A stretch of 32,000 bases of DNA from an uncultured Actinomycetes bacterium. Lineage in GTDB: Bacteria > Actinomycetota > Actinomycetes > S36-B12 > CAIYMF01. Both the position numbers and the translations under genes were made by a program. Below the pieces are notes generated by a model. The model was given only the letters and a program-made list of their open reading frames with translations, ran no database searches and had not been told where the DNA came from. Location: positions 1,140,001 through 1,172,000 of the forward strand of contig CAWJMG010000003.1 of assembly GCA_963843975.1 (NCBI GenBank), written 5' to 3'. This document shows positions 30,135-32,000 of this stretch, piece after piece (position 1 is the first letter of the stretch; each line of letters opens with the position of its first letter).

Positions 30135-31183
30135 GCCTGCTGGAACGGATGCCGGAGACGCGCCGTGGTCGCGGACTCACGCTCGCCGCAGCGGGCGCGC
30201 TGTGGTTCGCGGCGTACCAGCTGAACGAGCACCTGTGGGACTGGATCCTCTACGGCGCGCTCAGCCTCGACCCGGCGGCGCGCGTCACGGAGACGATCCA
30301 CTTCTTCCTGTATGACACGATCAAGATCGCCCTGCTGCTCGTCCTCATCATCTTCACGGTCACCTTCCTGCGGTCGTACATGAGCGTCGAGCGCACCCGC
30401 GCCCTCCTCGGCGGCAAGCGCGAAGGTGTCGGCAACGTCATGGCTGCCGGGCTCGGGGTCGTCACGCCCTTCTGCTCCTGCTCGGCGGTCCCCGCCTTCA
30501 TCGGCTTCGTCTCCGCCGGTGTCCCGATCGGCGTGACCCTCAGCTTCCTGATCGCATCGCCCATGGTCAACGAGATCGCGATCGGCATGCTTCTCACGCT
30601 GTTCGGCATCAAGATCACGGCGATCTACGTCGGCACCGGTCTCGTCATCGCGATCGTCGCCGGCTGGATCCTCGGGCGCCTCGGCGTGGAGCGGTGGGTC
30701 GAGCCGTTCGTGTTCGAGACCACACTGCGGGGCAACCCGGTCGACCCGTCCCTCGGGCTCAGCTTCGACGACCGCGTCGCCATGTCGCTGGAGGAGGTCG
30801 GCACGGTCCTGCGCAAGATCTGGCCCTACCTGCTCGTCGGCATCGGGCTCGGCGCGGTCATCCACGGTTGGGTGCCGACGGAGTTCTTCACGACGTACGC
30901 CGGACCGGGCTCGAGCTTCGGCGTGCTCGTCGCGGTCGGCATCGGCATCCCCCTCTACTCGAACGCCGCCGGCATCATGCCGCTCGTCCAGGCCCTGTAC
31001 GAGAAGGGCCTCCCGATGGGGACGCTCCTCGCGTTCATGATGGCTGTCGTCGCGCTCTCGCTGCCCGAGATGATCCTGCTGCGCCGCGTGCTGAAGCCCC
31101 AGCTGCTGGCCGCCTACGTCGGGGTGGTCGGCACGGGGATCGTGGTGGTCGGCTATCTGTTCAACGCGCTGCTCCCGGCGTGA
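30131..31183 (+). CDS. predicted permease (PF03773/ArsP-like family)
   Basis: 350 aa, polytopic. GLGVVTPFCSCSAVPAFIGF carries the vicinal Cys pair characteristic of this family. ...IPLYSNAAGIMPLV... is a second-half repeat. Confidence 0.75.
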   Translation: MSLLERMPETRRGRGLTLAAAGALWFAAYQLNEHLWDWILYGALSLDPAARVTETIHFFLYDTIKIALLLVLIIFTVTFLRSYMSVERTRALLGGKREGVGNVMAAGLGVVTPFCSCSAVPAFIGFVSAGVPIGVTLSFLIASPMVNEIAIGMLLTLFGIKITAIYVGTGLVIAIVAGWILGRLGVERWVEPFVFETTLRGNPVDPSLGLSFDDRVAMSLEEVGTVLRKIWPYLLVGIGLGAVIHGWVPTEFFTTYAGPGSSFGVLVAVGIGIPLYSNAAGIMPLVQALYEKGLPMGTLLAFMMAVVALSLPEMILLRRVLKPQLLAAYVGVVGTGIVVVGYLFNALLPA

Positions 31184-31211
31184 CCCTCCCCCACCCACCC
31201 AGGAGAAGTCC

Positions 31212-31454
31212 ATGATCATCAAGGTCCTCGGCCCCGGCTGCACCAACTGCAAGAACCTCGAGCGCGTCACGCGCCAGGCGGTGGCCGAGCTCGGCCTAGA
31301 CGCCAGCATCGAGAAGGTCGAGGACTACGTCACGATCGCCGGATACGGCGTGATGTCGACCCCGGCCCTCGTCGTCGACGAGCAGGTCGTCGTGTCAGGC
31401 CGGGTGCCGACGGTGTCCGCAGTGCGCGAGCTGCTGTCAGCCGGGACCGAGTGA
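31212..31454 (+). CDS. thioredoxin-fold redox-active disulfide protein (TM0996/MTH895 family)
   Basis: 80 aa. MIIKVLGPGCTNCKNLE carries a CxxC motif, followed by ...YGVMSTPALVVDEQVVVSGRVP. This protein is commonly encoded next to ArsR and the permease above. RBS AGGAGAAG. Confidence 0.8.
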   Translation: MIIKVLGPGCTNCKNLERVTRQAVAELGLDASIEKVEDYVTIAGYGVMSTPALVVDEQVVVSGRVPTVSAVRELLSAGTE

Positions 31455-31544
31455 GACACGCCTGATACCCCCCAGGGTGTCTGCAGGATCACGTTCCGAA
31501 TCAGCCCCTCGGGCGAGGCACGCGCCTACGGTCGACAGGTGACC

Positions 31545-32000
31545 ATGCGAACCGGGCCCGAGCACGTCATCCGCTGGAACGACGACGACGAGGCGTGGGA
31601 GACCACGCTGCGCGGACGAGCGGTGCTCGCCGAGCCACGGCTCAACAAGGGGACGGCGTTCAGCACGGCTGAGCGCGAGCAGCTGGGCCTCGTCGGCCTC
31701 CTGCCGCCGCGCGTTCTGACGCTCGAGCAGCAGGCCAGCCGCGCCTACCTGCAGTACCTCGACCAGCCGACCGACCTCGCCAAGAACGTCTTCCTCACCG
31801 CGCTGCACGACCGCAACGAGGTGCTGTTCTTCCGCCTGCTCGGCCACCACCTGCCGGAGATGCTGCCGATCGTCTACACGCCGACCGTGGGCGAGGCGAT
31901 CCAGCGCTACAGCCACGAGTACCGCCGCCCGCGCGGGGTCTACCTGTCCATCGAGGACCCGCACAGCATGGAGGACGCGCTGCTCGCCACTGGTCGAGCG
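31545..32000 (+). CDS. NAD(P)-dependent malic enzyme, N-terminal fragment; continues beyond the window
   Basis: ...[49 protein letters not shown]...[45 protein letters not shown] is the canonical malic-enzyme N-terminus. The ORF is open to the window edge and is absent from the track because it is unterminated. Confidence 0.85.
   Translation, partial: MRTGPEHVIRWNDDDEAWETTLRGRAVLAEPRLNKGTAFSTAEREQLGLVGLLPPRVLTLEQQASRAYLQYLDQPTDLAKNVFLTALHDRNEVLFFRLLGHHLPEMLPIVYTPTVGEAIQRYSHEYRRPRGVYLSIEDPHSMEDALLATGRA

Noticed and set aside
1-32000. CRISPR arrays, tRNA, rRNA and tmRNA genes
   Set aside because: No regularly spaced short repeats and no tRNA-like or rRNA-like conserved segments were noticed on reading through. 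The only long exact repeat is the 74-mer pair. A tRNAscan/Infernal run would confirm this.

Overview
This is a high-GC actinobacterial chromosome segment (Actinomycetota); the gene order matches the conserved Mycobacterium/Micrococcales core. The backbone runs lpdA (3' end), sucB/dlaT, SRPBCC protein, Rv2216-like epimerase, lipB, lipA, DUF4191 protein, RDD protein and glnA. It continues with an ornithine-cyclodeaminase-family gene, a CBS plus ArsB/NhaD transporter pair, a Zn-ribbon metallopeptidase, an ArsR/permease/thioredoxin-like trio and the 5' end of a malic enzyme. Accessory genes interrupt this backbone at several points. Three things stand out. (1) A perfect 74-bp direct repeat, made of the last 16 nt of glnA plus its terminator hairpin (18161-18234 = 25755-25828), brackets a ~7.5-kb island. 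The island is visibly lower in GC and holds one minus-strand operon (LacI, solute-binding protein, two ABC permeases, GH172/DUF2961, GH32), with no integrase or transposase. (2) Between the RDD gene and glnA sits a KimA-like K+ transporter. It is apparently translationally coupled to an N-terminally truncated KdpD-type histidine kinase and a KdpE-type response regulator, and is preceded by 11-bp-phased direct repeats. No kdpFABC genes are in the window. (3) Four well-conserved genes (sucB, an aldo/keto reductase, lipB, the OCD-family gene) each need a +1 frame change at a dinucleotide run to give a full-length product. This looks more like systematic single-base insertion error than four independent pseudogenes, but the sequence alone cannot decide. 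I recognised no rRNA, tRNA, CRISPR array, transposase or integrase. Many long ORFs in the supplied track are GC-driven antisense or out-of-frame shadows and were not called.
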